64,000 bases of DNA from the human T2T-CHM13v2.0 reference genome, Homo sapiens. The DNA lies in the NCBI RefSeq assembly GCF_009914755.1, contig NC_060929.1; one strand, 5' to 3'. Below, in pieces: positions 47,994 to 62,785 of this stretch (position 1 is its first letter; every line of letters starts with the position of its first letter). The position numbers and the translations under genes were made by a program. The notes beneath the pieces are model-generated. The model made no database searches and was not told the DNA's origin. It was given only the letters and a program-made list of their open reading frames with translations.

Positions 47994-50303
47994 TGTATTA
48001 GTCTGTTCTCACGCTGCTAATAAAGACATCCAAGACTGGGTCTATAAGGAAAAAGAAGTTTAATGGACTCACAGTTCCACACGGCTGATGAGACCTCACA
48101 ATCATGGTGGAAGGTGAAGGAAGAGCAAAGCAACATCTTACATGGTGGCAGGCAAGAGAGAATATGCAGGGCAACTGCCCTTTATAAAACCATCAGATCT
48201 TGTGAGACTTATTTCCTATCATGAGAACAGCATGGGAAAAACCCATTCCCATGATTCAATTACTTCCCATTGGGCCCCTCCCACAACATGTGGAGATTAT
48301 GGGAACTACAATTCAAAATGAGATTTGGGTGAGGACAGAGCCAAACCATATTATTCTGTCCCTGGCCCCTCCCAAATCTCATGTCCTTACATTTTGAAAC
48401 CAATCATGCCTTCCCAACCATCCCCCAAAGTCTTAACTCATTTCAGCATTAACTCAAAAGTCCATAGTCCAAAGTCTCATCTGAGACGAGGCAAGTCCCT
48501 TTTGCCTGTGAGCCTGTAAAATCAAAAACAAGTAAGTTACTTCCTAGATACAATGAGGGTACAGGCATTTGGTAAATACACCCATTCCAAATGGGAGAAA
48601 ACAGTCAAAACAAAGGGTCTATAGATCCCACGCAATTCCAAAATCCAATAGGACAGTCATTAAACTTTAAAGTTCCAAAATGATTTCCTTTGACTCCATG
48701 TCTCACATCCGGGTCATGCTGATGCAAGAGGTGGGCTCCCACATCCTTGGGCAGCTCTGTCCCTGTGGCTTTGCAGGTTAGAGCCCCAGTCCTGGCTGCT
48801 TTCATGGCCTGGCATTGAGTGTCTGTGGCTTTTCCAGGTGCATGGTGCAAGCTGTTGGTTGATCTAACATTCTGGGTTCTGGAGGACTGTGGCCCTCTTC
48901 TCACAGCTCCACTAGGCGGCGCCCCAGTAGGGACTCTGTGTGGGACCTCCAACCTCACATTTGCCTTCCTCACTGCCCTGGCAGAGGTTCTGCATGGGGG
49001 CCCTGCCCCTGCAGCAAACTTCTGCCTGAATATCCAGGGGTTTCCACACATCTGAAATTTAGGTGGAGGTTCCCAAGCCTCAATTATTGACTTCTGTGTA
49101 CCTGAAGGCTCAACACCACGTGGAAGCTGCCAAGGCTTGAGGCTTGCACCCACTGAAGCCACTGCCTGAGCCATACCTTGGCCCCTTTTAGCCATGGCTG
49201 GAATGGCAGAGACACAGGGCACCAAGTCCCTAGCTGCACACAGCAGGGGAGTCCTGGGCCCAGCCTGTGAAATCAGTTTTTCCTCTTAGGCCTCCAGGCC
49301 TGTGATGGGATGGGCTGCCTGGAAGGTCTCCGACATGCCCTGGAGACATTTTCACCATTGTCTTGGTGATTAACATTTGGCTCCTTGTTACTTATGCAAA
49401 TTTCTGCAGCACGTTTGAATTTCTCCCCAGAAAATGGGTTTTTGTTTTCTATTGCATCGTCAGGCTGCAAATTTTCCAAACTTTTATATTTTGTTTCCTC
49501 TAGAACACTTTGCTGCTTAGAAATTTCTTCTGCCAGATAGCCTAAATCATCAGTCTCAAGTTCAAAGCTCCACAGATCCTAGGGCAGGGGCAAAATTTCA
49601 CCAGTCTGTTTGCTACTAAAGTGTAACAAGAGTCACCTTTACTCCATTTCCCAACAAGTTCCTCATCTCCATCTGAGACCGCTACCTTAGTCTGGACTTT
49701 ATTGTTCATATTACTATTAGCATTTTGGTCAAAGCCATTCAACAAGTCTCTAGGAAGTTCCAAACTTTTTCACATCTTCCTGTCTTCTGAGCCATCCAAA
49801 CTCTAGGAAGTTCCAGACTTTCCCACATTTCTGTGTTTTCTTCTGAGCACTCCACCCACACTGCTCCAACCTCTGTCTGTTATCCAGTTCCAAAGCTGCT
49901 TTCATATTTTTAGGTATTCTTACAGCACCACCCCACTCTACTGGTACCAATTTACTGTATTAGTCCATTTTCATGATGCTAATAAAGACATACCTGAGAC
50001 TGGGTAATTTATAAAGAAAAACAGGTTTAAGGGGCTCATTGTTGAAAATGGGTGGGGAGGCCCTGCAATCATGGCAGAAGGTGAAGGAGGGACAAAGGCA
50101 CATCTTACATGGTGGCAGACAAGAGAGCATGGGTAGGGGAACTGCCCTTTATAAAACCATCAGATCCTGTGAGATTTATTTACTATCACAAGAACAGCAT
50201 GGGAAAAACCTGCTCCCATGATTCAATTACCTCCCACCAGGTCCCTCCCATGACATGTGGGGATTATGGGAACTACAATTCAAGATGAGATCTGGCTGTG
50301 TCC
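47994..50303 (-). mobile_element. Complete THE1 (THE1C-like) MaLR: LTR-internal-LTR
   Basis: LTRs at 47994-48353 and 49956-~50303, both beginning TGTATTAGTC..TGCTAATAAAGACAT on +; ~1.6-kb internal region; host L1 resumes at ACTGATGATAG. Confidence 0.93.
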
Positions 50304-51572
50304 TACTGATGATAGTTTCTTTTGCTGTGCAGAAGCTCTTTAGTTTAATTAGATCCCATTTGTCAATTTTTGCTTTTGTTGCAATTCCTTTTGGTATTTT
50401 CATCATGAAATCTTTACCTGTGCCTATGTCCTGAATGGTATTCTCTATATTTTTTCCAGGGTTTTTATAGTTTTGGGTTTCACATTTAAGTCTTTAATCT
50501 ATTGCTTTAATCTATTTTGAGTTAATTTTTGTATATGGTGTAAAGAAGGGGTCCAGTTCCAATTTCCTGGATATGGCTAGCCAGCACTCCCAGCACCATT
50601 TGTTGAATGGGGAGTCCTTTCCCCATTGCTGATTTTGTCAAGTTTGTTGAAGATCAGATGGTTGTAGGTTTGTGGCCTTATTTCTGAGTTCTCTGTTCTG
50701 TTCCATTGGTCTATGTGTCTGTTCTTATAACAGCACCATGCTGTTTGGGTTGCTGTAGTCTTGTAGTATAGGTTGCAATCTGGTAGTGTGATGCCTCCAG
50801 GTTTGTTTTTGTTTTTTGTTTTTTGCTTAGGATTATCTTGGCTGCTTGGACCCTTTTTTGGCTCCATATGAATTTTAAAATCTTTTTTTAAATTCTGTGA
50901 ATAATGTCAGTGGTTGTTTAATGGGAATAGCATTTAATTTATTAACAATTAATAAATTGTTTTTGGGAGTATGGCCATTTTCACAATATTGATTCTCCCT
51001 ATCCATGAGCTGGAATTTTCTCCATTTGTTTGTGTCCTGTCTAATTTCTTTGAGCAGTGGTCTGTATTTCTCTTTGAAGAGGTCCTTCACTTCCCTTGTT
51101 ACCTCTATTCCTAGGTATTTTATTCTCTTTATAACAATTGTGAATGGGAGTTCATTCATGATTTGGCTCTCTGCTTACCTGTTGTTGATTTATAGGAATG
51201 CTAGCAGTTTTTGCACATCGATTTTATATCCTGAGACTTTGCTGAAGTTGTTTATCAGTTTAAGAAGCATTTGGGCTGAGATGATGGAATTTTCTAGTTA
51301 TAGGATCATGTCATCTGCAAATAAAGATAATTTGACTTCCTCTCTTTCTATTTGAATACTCTTTATTTCTTTCTCTTTCCTGATTGCCGTGGCCAGAACT
51401 TGCAATACTATGTTGAATAGGAGTGGTGAAAGAGGTCATCCTTGTCTTGTGCTGGTTTTCAAGGGGAATGCTTCCAGGTTTTGCCAATTCAGTATGATAT
51501 TGGCTGTGAGTTTTTCATATATGTCTCTTAGTACTTTGAGGCATGTTCCTTCAATACCTAGTTTATTGAGGG

Positions 51573-51871
51573 TTTATTTATTTATTTATTTGAGACAGAG
51601 TCTCCCTCTGTCACCCAGGCTGGATTGCAGTGGCATGATCTCAGCTAGCTGTAACCTCTGCCTCCTGGGTTGAAGCCATTCTCCTGCCTCAGCCTCCTGA
51701 GTAGCTGACACTACAGGTGCCTGCCACCATGCCTGGCTAATTTTTGTATTTTTAGTAGACATGGGGTTTCACCATATTGGCCAGCCTGTTCTCAAACTCC
51801 TGACTTTGTGATCTGCCCACCTTGGCCTCCCAAAGTGCTGGGATTACAGGCATGAGCCACCATGCCCAGCT
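51573..51871 (-). mobile_element. AluS (Sg/Sc-like)
   Basis: Full dimer with (TTTA)n tail; TSD GTTTATTGAG on both sides. Confidence 0.95.
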
Positions 51872-52792
51872 GTTTATTGAGAGTTTTTAACATGAAGGGA
51901 TGTTGAATTTTATCAAAAGCCTTTTCTGCATCTATGAAGATAATCATGTGGTTTTTGTCGTTAGTTCTGTTTATGTGATGAATCACATTTATTGATTTGC
52001 ATATGTTGAACCAACCTTGCATCCTGGGAATGAGGTCAACTGGATCATGGTGGATAAGCTTTTTGATGTGTTGCTGGATTCAGTTTGCAAGTATTTTGTT
52101 GAGGAGTTTTGCATTGAAGTTCATCAAGATGATTAGCCTGAAGTTTTCTTTTTTTTTTGTTGTGTCTCTGCCAGATTTTGGTATCAGAATATGCTGGCCT
52201 CATAGATTGAGTTAGTTGGGAGTCTCTCCCTTTCAATTTTTTGAAATAGTTTCATTAGAAATGGTACTAGTTCTTCTTTGTACCTCTGGTAGAATTCAGC
52301 TGTGAATTTGTCTGGTCCTGGGCTTATTTTGGTTGGTAGACTATATATTACTACTTCAGAACTCATAATTGTTGTGTTCAGGGATTCAGTTTCTTCCTGG
52401 TTCAGTCTTGGGAGGTGTATGTGTCCAGGAATTTATTAACTTCTAGATTTTCTAGTTTATGTGCATAGAGGTGTTTATAGTGTTCTCTGATGATTGTATT
52501 TCTGTGTGGTCAGTGGTGACATGCCCTTTATAATTGCTGATTGTGTTTAATGGATTCTTCTCTCTTTTCTTTTTTAATAGTCTAGCTAGCAGTCTATTTA
52601 CTTTATTAATTAAAAAAAAACAGCTCCTGGATTCATTGATTTTTTTGAAGGGTTTTTAATGTCTCTGTTTCCTTCAATTCTGCTCTGATCTTGGTTATTT
52701 TCTGTCTTCTGCTGACTTTGGGGTTTGTTTGCTCTTGGTTCTCTAGTTCTTTTAGTTGTGATGCTAGCTTGTTAACTTGAGATTTTTCCAGC

Positions 52793-52841
52793 ATTTTAAA
52801 AAAATTTTATTGTTATTATACTTTAAGTTTTAGGGTACATA
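52793..52841 (-). mobile_element. 49-bp micro-insertion of a young L1PA 3' tip
   Basis: TTATACTTTAAGTTTTAGGGTACAT plus tail; 15-bp TSD TGAGATTTTTCCAGC at 52778-52792 and 52842-52856. Confidence 0.92.
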
Positions 52842-54411
52842 TGAGATTTTTCCAGCTTTTTGATGTGGGCATTTAGTGCTATGAATTTCCCTCTTAACAC
52901 TGTTTTAGCTGTGACGGAGATTCTGGTATGTTCTCTCTTTGTTCTCATTAGTTTCAAATAACTTCTTGATTTCTGCCTTAATTTCATTGTTTACCCAAGA
53001 GTCATTCAGGGACAAGTTGTTCAATTTCCTTGTAATTGTGTGGTTTTCAGTGAATTTCTCAATCTTGAGTTCTAGTTTGATTGCATGGTGATCTGAGACA
53101 CTGTTGTTATGATTTCAGTTCCTTTGCATTTGATGAGTGTTTTATTTCTGATTATGTGATCAATTTTAGAGTAAGTGCCATGTGGTGGTGAGAAGAATGT
53201 ATATTCTTTGAATTTGGGTCAAGAGTTCTGTAGATATCTATCAGGTGCACTTGATCAGTTCAGGTCCTAAATATCTGTTAATTTTCTGTCTTGATGAAAT
53301 GTGTAATATTATCAGTGGGGTATTAAAGTCTCCCAGTATTATTGTGTGGGAGTCTAAGTTTCTTTGTAGGTCTCTAAGCACTTGCTTTATGAATCTGGGT
53401 GCTGCTGTATTGGGTGCATATATATTTAGGATGGTTAGCTCTTCTTGTTGAATTGAATCCTTTACTATTATGTAATGCCCTTCTTTGTCTTTTTTGATCT
53501 TTGCTGGTTTAACATCTGTCAAAAACTAGAATTGCAACCCATTATTTTTTCTGTTTTTCCATTTGCTTGGTAATCTTTCCTCCATCTTTTTATTTTGAGC
53601 CAATGTGTATCTTTGCACATGAGATGGGTCTCTTGAATACAGCATACTGATGGGCCTAGGCTCTTTATTCAGCTTGCCATTCTCTTTTAATTTGGGCATT
53701 CAGCCCATTTACATTTAAGGTTAGTATTGTTATGTGTGAATTTGATGCCACCATCGTAATGCTAGGTGGTTATTTTATAGTCATGTTTATGTGATTGCTT
53801 CATAGTGTCACTGGTCTATGCACTTCAGTGTGTTTTTGTAGTGTCTGGTAACCATTTTTCCTTTCCATATTTAGTGTTTCCTTCAGAAAGTCTTGCAAGG
53901 CAGGCCTGGTGGTGATGAATTCCTCAGCATTTGCTTGTCTGAGAAGGATTTTATTTCTCCTTTGCTTGTGAAGCTTATTTTGGCTGGATCTGAAATTCTG
54001 GGTTGGAAATTCTTTTCTTTAAGAATGTCGGATATTGGTCCCCAATCTTTTCTGGCTTGTAGGGTTTCCACTGAGAGGTCCACTGTTAGTCTGAGGACTT
54101 TCCTTTGTAGGTGATCTGGCCTTTCTCTCTGGCTATCCTTAACATTTTTTCTTTCGTCTGGACCTTGGAGAGTCTGATGATTATGTGTCTTGGGGTTGAT
54201 CTTCTTATGAAGTATCTTACTAGGGTTCTCTGCAGTTCCTGAATTTGAATGTTGGCCTGTCTTGCTAGGTTGGGGAAGTTCTCCTGGATGATAACCTTAA
54301 GTATTTTTTCCAACTTGATTCCATTCTCCCTGTCTCTTGCAGTTACCCCAATCAGTCCTGGGTTCAGTATCTGTACATAATCCCATATTTCTTGGAAGTT
54401 TTGTTCATTAC

Positions 54412-54775
<364 letters not shown>

Positions 54776-56260
54776 TGAGATTCTTTTCTCCACTTGTTCT
54801 ATTATGCTATTGATACTTGTGATCGCATTATGAAGCTCTTGTGTTGTGTTTTTCAGCTCCCTCAGGTCAGTTATGTTCCTCTCTAAACTGGCTATTCTGG
54901 CTGTCAGCTCCTATATTGTTTTATCATGATTCTTAACTTCTTTGCATTGGGATATGACATGCTTCTTTAGCTCAGTGAAGTTTGTTTTTACCCACCTTCT
55001 GAAGCCTACTTATTTCAGTTTGGCCATCTCAGCCTCAGCCCAGTTCTGTGCCCTTGCTGGAGAGGTATTGTGGTCATTTGGAGGAAAAGAGGCATTCTGG
55101 CTTTTTGAGTGTTCGGCATTTTTGCATTGAATTTTTCTCATCTTTATGGGCTTATCTGCCTTTGATCTTTGATGTTGCTGACCTTTGAGGTTTTTGTGGG
55201 GTCTTTTTTGTTCATGTTGTTGTTGTTGATGTTGCTTTCTTTTTGTTTTTTTTTCTTTTAACAGTCAAATCACTCTTCCTTAAGGCTGCAGCAATTTGCT
55301 GGGGGTTTATTCCAGACACAAGTTGCCTCACTTTTTCCTGTACCTGGAGGTATCAGCAACGAAGGCTGAGAAACAGCAAAGATGGCAACCAGCTCCTTCC
55401 TCTGGAAGCTCCGTTCCCGGGGGAACTGACCTGTTGCTGGCCTGAATGTGCCTGTAGGAGGTGGCTGGAGACCCATGTTTAGAGGTCTCATCCAGTTAGG
55501 AGGAATGAGATCAGGGACCCACTTAAAGAAACAATCTGGCTGCTTTTTGGTAAAGCAGGTGTGCTGTGTTGAGGGGGACCCTTTCTCATTAGGACTATGA
55601 ATTCTCCAAAGTCGGCAGGTTGGAACAGCTAACTCAACCAAACTAAAGAGATGGTGGCCACCCCTCCCTCCAGGAACTAGGTCTCATCTCAGGCAGACCC
55701 CAGCTTGTTGCTGTTAGCTGGCTGGAATTCCAAGCCAGTGGGTCTTAACTTCTGAGTTGCCATGGAAGTGGGGCCTGCAGAACAATGCTTGCCTCCCTTC
55801 CTAGGGATATGTACAAATGGATCTCCTGCCTTGCCGGGGATCCTGGGGCATGAGTTTGTAACACTCCTGGGTCTCTGTGTGTGCCTGGGCAATGCTGTGC
55901 CGGGACTCCACACAGCTCTGTGTATTAGACCCAAGGCCCTGGTGGCATGGACTTATGAGGGCATCTGATCCATGGGTTGCAAAGATCTGTGGCATAAGCT
56001 GGTTTCCTGGGTGGGGTCCCACAATCACTCACCATTCTCTTGGCTGGGGGTGGGTGTTCCTTTGACTCCATGCTGCTCCTGGCTGGGCCATCGCCCCATC
56101 CTGCTTTTCTTCATTTTCTGTGGGTCGAGTTGTTTGCCTAGTCAGTCCCAGTGCCAGAACTTGGATATTTCAGTTGAAGGTGCTTAATTCACTTGCCCCT
56201 TTTATTCCCCTTTGTGAGTGCCATGGACCACAGCTGCTTCTAATTGGCTATCTTAGCACC

Positions 56261-58797
56261 TTCAGATTTGCCCTTTTGAGGCTATTTTGTAGATCCTGTA
56301 GGCATGCTTCATTGATTTTTATCCTTTTTTCTTTTGTCTCCTCTGACTTTGTATTTTCAAATAGCCTGTCTTCAAACTCACCAATTCTTTTTTTTTTGCT
56401 TGATCAATTCTGCTGTTAAGAGACTCTTAACACTTCATGTACTCTTCTGTATGTCAATAGCATTTTGAGCTCCAGAATTTCTGTTGCATTATTTAGTATG
56501 TCAATTGCATTTTTGAACTCCAGAATTTCTGCTTGATATTTAAATATTATTTCAATCTCTGTATTACAGTTATCTGATATAATCCTAAATTCTTTCTCTG
56601 TGTTGTCTTGAATTTCACTGAGGGTCTTCAACACAGCTATTTTGAATTCTCTGTCTGAAAGGTCACATATTTTTGCTTCTCCAGGATTGGTCCCTGGTCC
56701 ATTTTTAGTTCATTTGGTAAGGTCATGTTTTCCTGGACGGTTTTCATGTTTACAGAGGTTCATCAGTGTCTGGTCATTGAAGAGTTAGGTATTTATTGTA
56801 GTCTTTGACATCTGGGCTGTTTCTCCCCATCCTTTTTGAGAAGGCTTCCCAAGTATTTGAAGGGACTTTGGTATTGTAATCTATGTCTTTGGTCACTATA
56901 GCCATATCTGTATTAGGGAGCATGTCAAGCCCAGTAATGCTTTGGCCCTTGCAGACTTATAGAGGTACCACCTTGGTAGTCTTGGTTAAGTTCTGGGAGA
57001 ATCCCCTGAATTATTAGACAGAGACTCCTGTTCTCTTCCCTTAGCTTCTCCCAATCAAGTGGAGTCTCTCTCTTTGTGCTGAGCTGCCCTGAGCTGGAGT
57101 AGGGGTTATGCAAGCTCCCTTGTGGCCATCACCACCGGGACTGTGCTGGGTCACATTCAATGCCAGCACATCACTGGGTCTCACCTAAGGCCCACAGTGA
57201 CCACTGCCTGGCTACCACCTATGTTCATGCAAGACCTAAGAATTCTACAATCAACAGTTGGCAAATCCAGGCATGTCTCTTTCCTTCCCTTTAGGGCAGT
57301 GAGTTCCTCTTGGCCCTAAGCAGGTCTAGAGATACCATCTGGGAACCAGAACCTGGAGTTGGAAACGTCAGGAATCTACCGGTGCTCTGTTCCACTGTGG
57401 CTTAGCTGGGACTCAAGCTACAAGAAAAATTCTTTCCTACTTTTTCTTCCTCTTCTCTCAGGCAGAGGAGTCTCTCCCCATGGCCCACCATCACCTGAGG
57501 CCAGTGGTAAGTACTTATTGGCTATTGCTGATGTTCACTCAAGGCCCAAGGGCTCTTTAGTCAACTTGTGGTGAATGCTGCAAGGTTTAGGTCTCTACCT
57601 TCAGGGAAGTAGGATCCTCTGTGGCTCAGGGAAGGTCCTGAAATGTCATTTAGGATTCAATGCCTGGGATGAGGACTCCAAGGGTCTGCTTGGTGCTCTG
57701 TCCCATTGTAGGCAAGCTGGTACCCAAGTTGCAAGACAAAGTCCCCTTACTCTTTCTTCTCTTTTCCTCAAGTAAAAGAAGTTTCTCTCCATAGCCACCA
57801 TAGCTGAAAATGTACTAGGTCACACGTGAAGCCAACATGGCACCAGGTCTCACCCAGAGTCTGCAGTGAGTACTGCCTGCCTACTGCTGGTGTTTATTCA
57901 GAGCCCAAGGGCTTTATAGTCAGTAGGTGATAAATTTTGCCAGGACTGGGTCCTTCCCTTCAAGGCAGCAGGTTACCTTCTGGCCTTGGGTGTGTCTAGA
58001 AATGTTGTCTGGGAGCTAGGACCTGGAATGAGGGCCTCATGACACTGCCTCCTGCCCTGTTCTACTATGGCTGAGATGGTATCAAAGTTACATCACAAAG
58101 TTCTCTTTATTTTCCCCTCTCCTCTCGTCAAGGAAGAAGTGTTTCCTAGAGCTGTGAGCTGTACTGCCTGGCATTGGGGGACGGGTGATATAAGTACTTT
58201 CTTGGCTGATGCAGCTGGCGTTTCACTAGGTCACATGCACTTCATCTCCACTGGTCTGAGCCCAACACCGCAGCAGAACTTGCCCAGGAATTGCAGTCCT
58301 TGTGGTCTAGACTGTCTTTTAAGTTTAGTCTGGACCTTAGAGCACTTTAGCCCATGGTGATGAAGCTTGCTGGAACTCAGGTTCTGACTATTGGGATGGG
58401 TAACTCCTTTCTGGCTAGGGCTGGTCTAAATGCTACCTCTGTGGGCACTGGCTTAGTTCTACCTAGTGTTGCTTTCTAGTGACAGAGCAGCACTGAGTTC
58501 CAATGCAAAATTCCACAGTAACTGTGCTTTCCCTCCTCCAAGTGCACAGATTCTCTATGTGTGCCATGCGACTCTTGTTGGGAGATGGGGGAAGGGTGGT
58601 GTCAGGAATTGAAGACTGTCTTTTCTACTTCATTGTTTCTTTCCTTCATACAGTGTTCATAACAGGTACTGTAATCATTCACCTGATTTTTGTTCTTGTG
58701 AAGGTTCTTTTTTGTGTGGATAGTTGTTCAGTTTGGTGTTCTTGCAGGGGTATGGTTGCTGGAGGCTTCTATTTGTCTATCTTGCTCCATCTCCCCT
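56261..58797 (-). mobile_element. Older L1 (L1PB/L1MA-type) 5' UTR and start of ORF1
   Basis: - strand start GGGAGATGGAGCAAGATAGACAAATAGAAG; ORF1-like LKTLSEIQDNTEKEFR (56416-56634). Confidence 0.75.
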
Positions 58798-58799
58798 TT

Positions 58800-60680
58800 T
58801 CTTCTCTGATTTCTCTTGCTGGTACTTCCAGTACCATATGGACTAGAAGTTGTGAGAATGGGCATCCTGCTTGGTACTGGATCTTCGTGGAAAGGTATTT
58901 AGCTTTTCCCCACTGGATATAATGTTAGCTGTGTGTCTTTCATAAATGGCATTTATCATATTGAGGAACTTTCCTTCTATAACTAAACCATTGAAAAGTT
59001 TTATCAAGAAAAGATACACTTTGTTGAGTGCTTTTTCTGCATTAATTGAGAAGATCATTGGTTTTTCTATCTCATTTTGTCAATATGATGTGTCACACTG
59101 ATTGATGTGCATATGATGAACCAGCCCTGCATGACAGGGATAAATCCCACTTGATCATGATGTACAATATTTTTGATGTGTTGTTGAATTGAGTTTGTGA
59201 ATATTTTATTGAAGATTTTTGTATCAATATTCATCATATTTATCATAGATATTTTATAGTTTTCTTTGTAGAAATTTTTGACATAACTTTATTGTGGGAG
59301 AGAGTATGCAAAGTGACTCTTTAAGGTATTTTTTATTGATACATATTAAATATACATAATTTGGGATACATATAATAATTTGATGCATTCATATAATCAA
59401 ATCAGGGTAATTGGGATATCTATCACCTTAAATATCTCTTCTTTACATCAGAAATGTTTGAATTATTCTCTTTTATTTTGAAATGTACAATCAATTAATG
59501 TTAACTATAGTTTCCCTAGTGATCTATCAAATGCCAGCTCTTATTTCTTCTATCTAAGTATATATTTGTGTCCATTAATCAACCTGATTTCATCCTCCCA
59601 CTACCTTCATAATTTTCTTTTCTTGTAATGTCTTTGCCTGGTTTAAATTTCAAAGTAATGCTGGCCTCATAGAATGTATATGTAACTATTCCCTCTAGCT
59701 CCTTTTTTTTTTTTTTTTTTTTTTTGGAAGTTTAGGAAGCAAGGCATTAATTCTTTGAATGTTTAGTAGAATTCAGCCATGAAGCCATCTGGGGCTAGGC
59801 TTTTCTTTGTTGGGAGTTTTTTTTAAATTACTTCTCCAATCTCTTTATTTTTGATTGGTCTGTTAAGACTTTATATTTCTTTCTGGTTCAATCTTGATAG
59901 GTTTTGTTTTTGTGTGAATTTTACCATTTCCTCTAGCTTATTAAATTTGTTGACATATAGTTTTTCATAATGGTTCCTTATGGTCCTTTTTATTTCTGAG
60001 GCATCTGTTGTAATGTTTCCACTTTCATTTTTTATTTTATTGATTTGTCTTCTATTTTATTCTTAGTCTAGCTAAGGCTTTGTGTTTTCCTTTTTTCAAA
60101 AAAAACCCCTCAGTTTTATTGATATTTTCTGTGGTCTTTACATTCTCTTTGTTTATTTCTGTTCTAGTCTTCATTATTTCCTTCATTCTGCTAACTTTTG
60201 GTTTTGTTTCTTCTTTTTTCATTCATTGAAGCATTATGTTAGGTTTTTTTTTGGGATTGTTCTTCTTTTTTAATGTGAGCTTTTATTGCTATAAAGTTCC
60301 ATTTAGAACAGCTTTTCTGTATCCCATAGGCTTTGGGAAGTTGTATTTCTGTTGCCATTTGTGCCAAGATATTTTTAAATTCCCCTCCTGGTTTCTTCTA
60401 TAATGCATTGGTTATCCAGGAGCATATTGTTTAATTTTTCCATATTTGCAAAATTTTCAAGATTCTTCCTGCTATTAATTTATGGTTTCATGTCGTTGTG
60501 ATTGGAAATTATATTAGATATAATTTCAATCTTCTTAAATTTGTTAAGACTTGTTTTGCAGTGAACATATGGTCTATCCTAAAAAATGTTGCATGTATAC
60601 TAGAAAAGAATGTGTCTTATGCTGCTTTTGGATGGAAAGTTTTGTAGATGTCTGTTAAGTCCTTTTGTTCTAACATGCAA
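58800..60680 (-). mobile_element. Old L1M ORF2 fragments, interrupted by an L1MA 3' end (~59328-59610)
   Basis: SINAEKAL...LNMINAIYE.TANII (58843-59058); T-rich L1 antisense composition. Confidence 0.8.
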
Positions 60681-61819
60681 TTTGAAAAAAACTCTGAGAA
60701 AAAAGCTGAAAAACAAGTCTTCTGAAAAAAAGTCTGAGAATGATTGTTGTTTGGTTTTATTAAATTTATAAATAACTGTAGGGAGAAATGACATCCATAT
60801 CATGTGGAGTTCTCTTTATGAACATGTAACACTCCTGGCTCTTAAGAACATGGTGTCTTTGCATTTGTTCTGTGTGAGTTTCAGAGAATTTTATAATTTC
60901 TCTCACACAGGTTTTGGACGTTTCTTCTAACCTGCTTTAAAAGTGTTCTTTGAATTATTGCTGTTTTGACAAGGCAGAAAATATTTCTTATTGGTTTCTT
61001 CATAAGTAGAAAATCTGAGTTTTTACTCAATCATATACTGGCTATCATACCCTAGACTACCCACAAATCTGTGATCAATTTTCCCTTTTGGAATAAAGAG
61101 AGAAGACCTTGTCTGAGATCTCAGACTGTGGTATGAGAGGAATTATACAATGCAAGTTAGTGGAATAATATTCTTCAATTCATCATTGTTAGTTCATGTA
61201 TTTTATAAACAAATTTTCTTTAACATTTTCCTCTCCTAAAGCACGCAATCTTTTTTTGAGTTCCCACCTCATATTACATTGTATAAAACAAATTATCAAT
61301 AGTACAGAACGTTCTGAAAAGTTGCTATAAAATAATATTAGATACAATAGGAAAATTGAGTGCATGTATTCTAAATTATATGCAATCAAATGTATATACA
61401 ACATAAACCCAGCCTAATTTTGTTTGGAGAAATTGGAGTAAATGAAATTCTGTAAAAATTAACCACAGATTACAAGGCTTATAAATGGGTGTTCCTCTGA
61501 AATAAAACCACCTTCTGGAACAGGTTTTAAAATTAGCAATGTAAGTGAAATTATCATAGGCAAATAGTTGTGCTGTAACCTAAATCAATGACATTAACCA
61601 TTAATATTTTACTCATTTTTTTCAAATACAACTTTACTCCTCAAGCTAAGTTTTGTCAGTGTTAGATAAGCTTTAAAACAGAAAATAGCAATTACTTTTT
61701 GTTATTTCCTTTTTCAATTGAAAATTTTTATGAGTAGCTTTTTTAGTTAAAAAGAGAAGAGTTGCAGAAAATATCTTGTTTTCCTTTCCACACTGTCAGA
61801 TATATGTGACATCATAGGG

Positions 61820-62035
61820 CAGCACAGTCATTGTTATAAACATGGACTGTGGCATCAAAGTGCTAGGGTTCAAATCCTGACTCTGCTGCCCTCTAGTTAA
61901 GTGACTTAAATAAGTCAATTACCAAATAGATCATAGCTCTGACCTTATAGAGTTGATGTGAGGATTAAATGAGATAGTATTTTAAATGATTAGAGTGATG
62001 TTTGGCAAATAGTAAGCTGTATAATTCTTTGATAT
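61820..62035 (+). mobile_element. MIR
   Basis: GGGTTCAAATCCTGACTCTGC...GTTGATGTGAGGATTAAATGAGATA. Confidence 0.8.
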
Positions 62036-62442
62036 ATTAAAAAGAAAAACTATGGACTCTACTGGCCTTGTCAGTATCTTGATTCAGATGAAGTTAAGTT
62101 AAAATAAATACCGAAGTGCCTTCAAGTAACGATAAGGATGAAGGGAAGAAGCAAACCAGGAAAGACACTGGCTTGAGTACACTTACCATAGTATTGGTGG
62201 ATGGATACACAGGCTGCTTGTTCTATGAATCCCAGATTTCTCTATCATCTGGTGAACCTACTTTCTTCCATCTACTGGGAAATGTCTCTGAGTCTGCCCC
62301 ATATAAATGGTAGGATCATACAAAGCTTGAGATGGAGCCAATCAGCTGAACTTGCTGCCTCTTAAGGAAAGCCCTGGAAGCAGAAAGAATATTAAGATCA
62401 TGACTAGTAAGCAGATAGGATGTTCTATTAAGAATAGAGTTA

Positions 62443-62785
<343 letters not shown>

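Noticed and set aside
48605-49225. 206-aa ORF
   Set aside because: It lies in THE1-internal sequence and is a remnant of the MaLR internal ORF, not a host gene.
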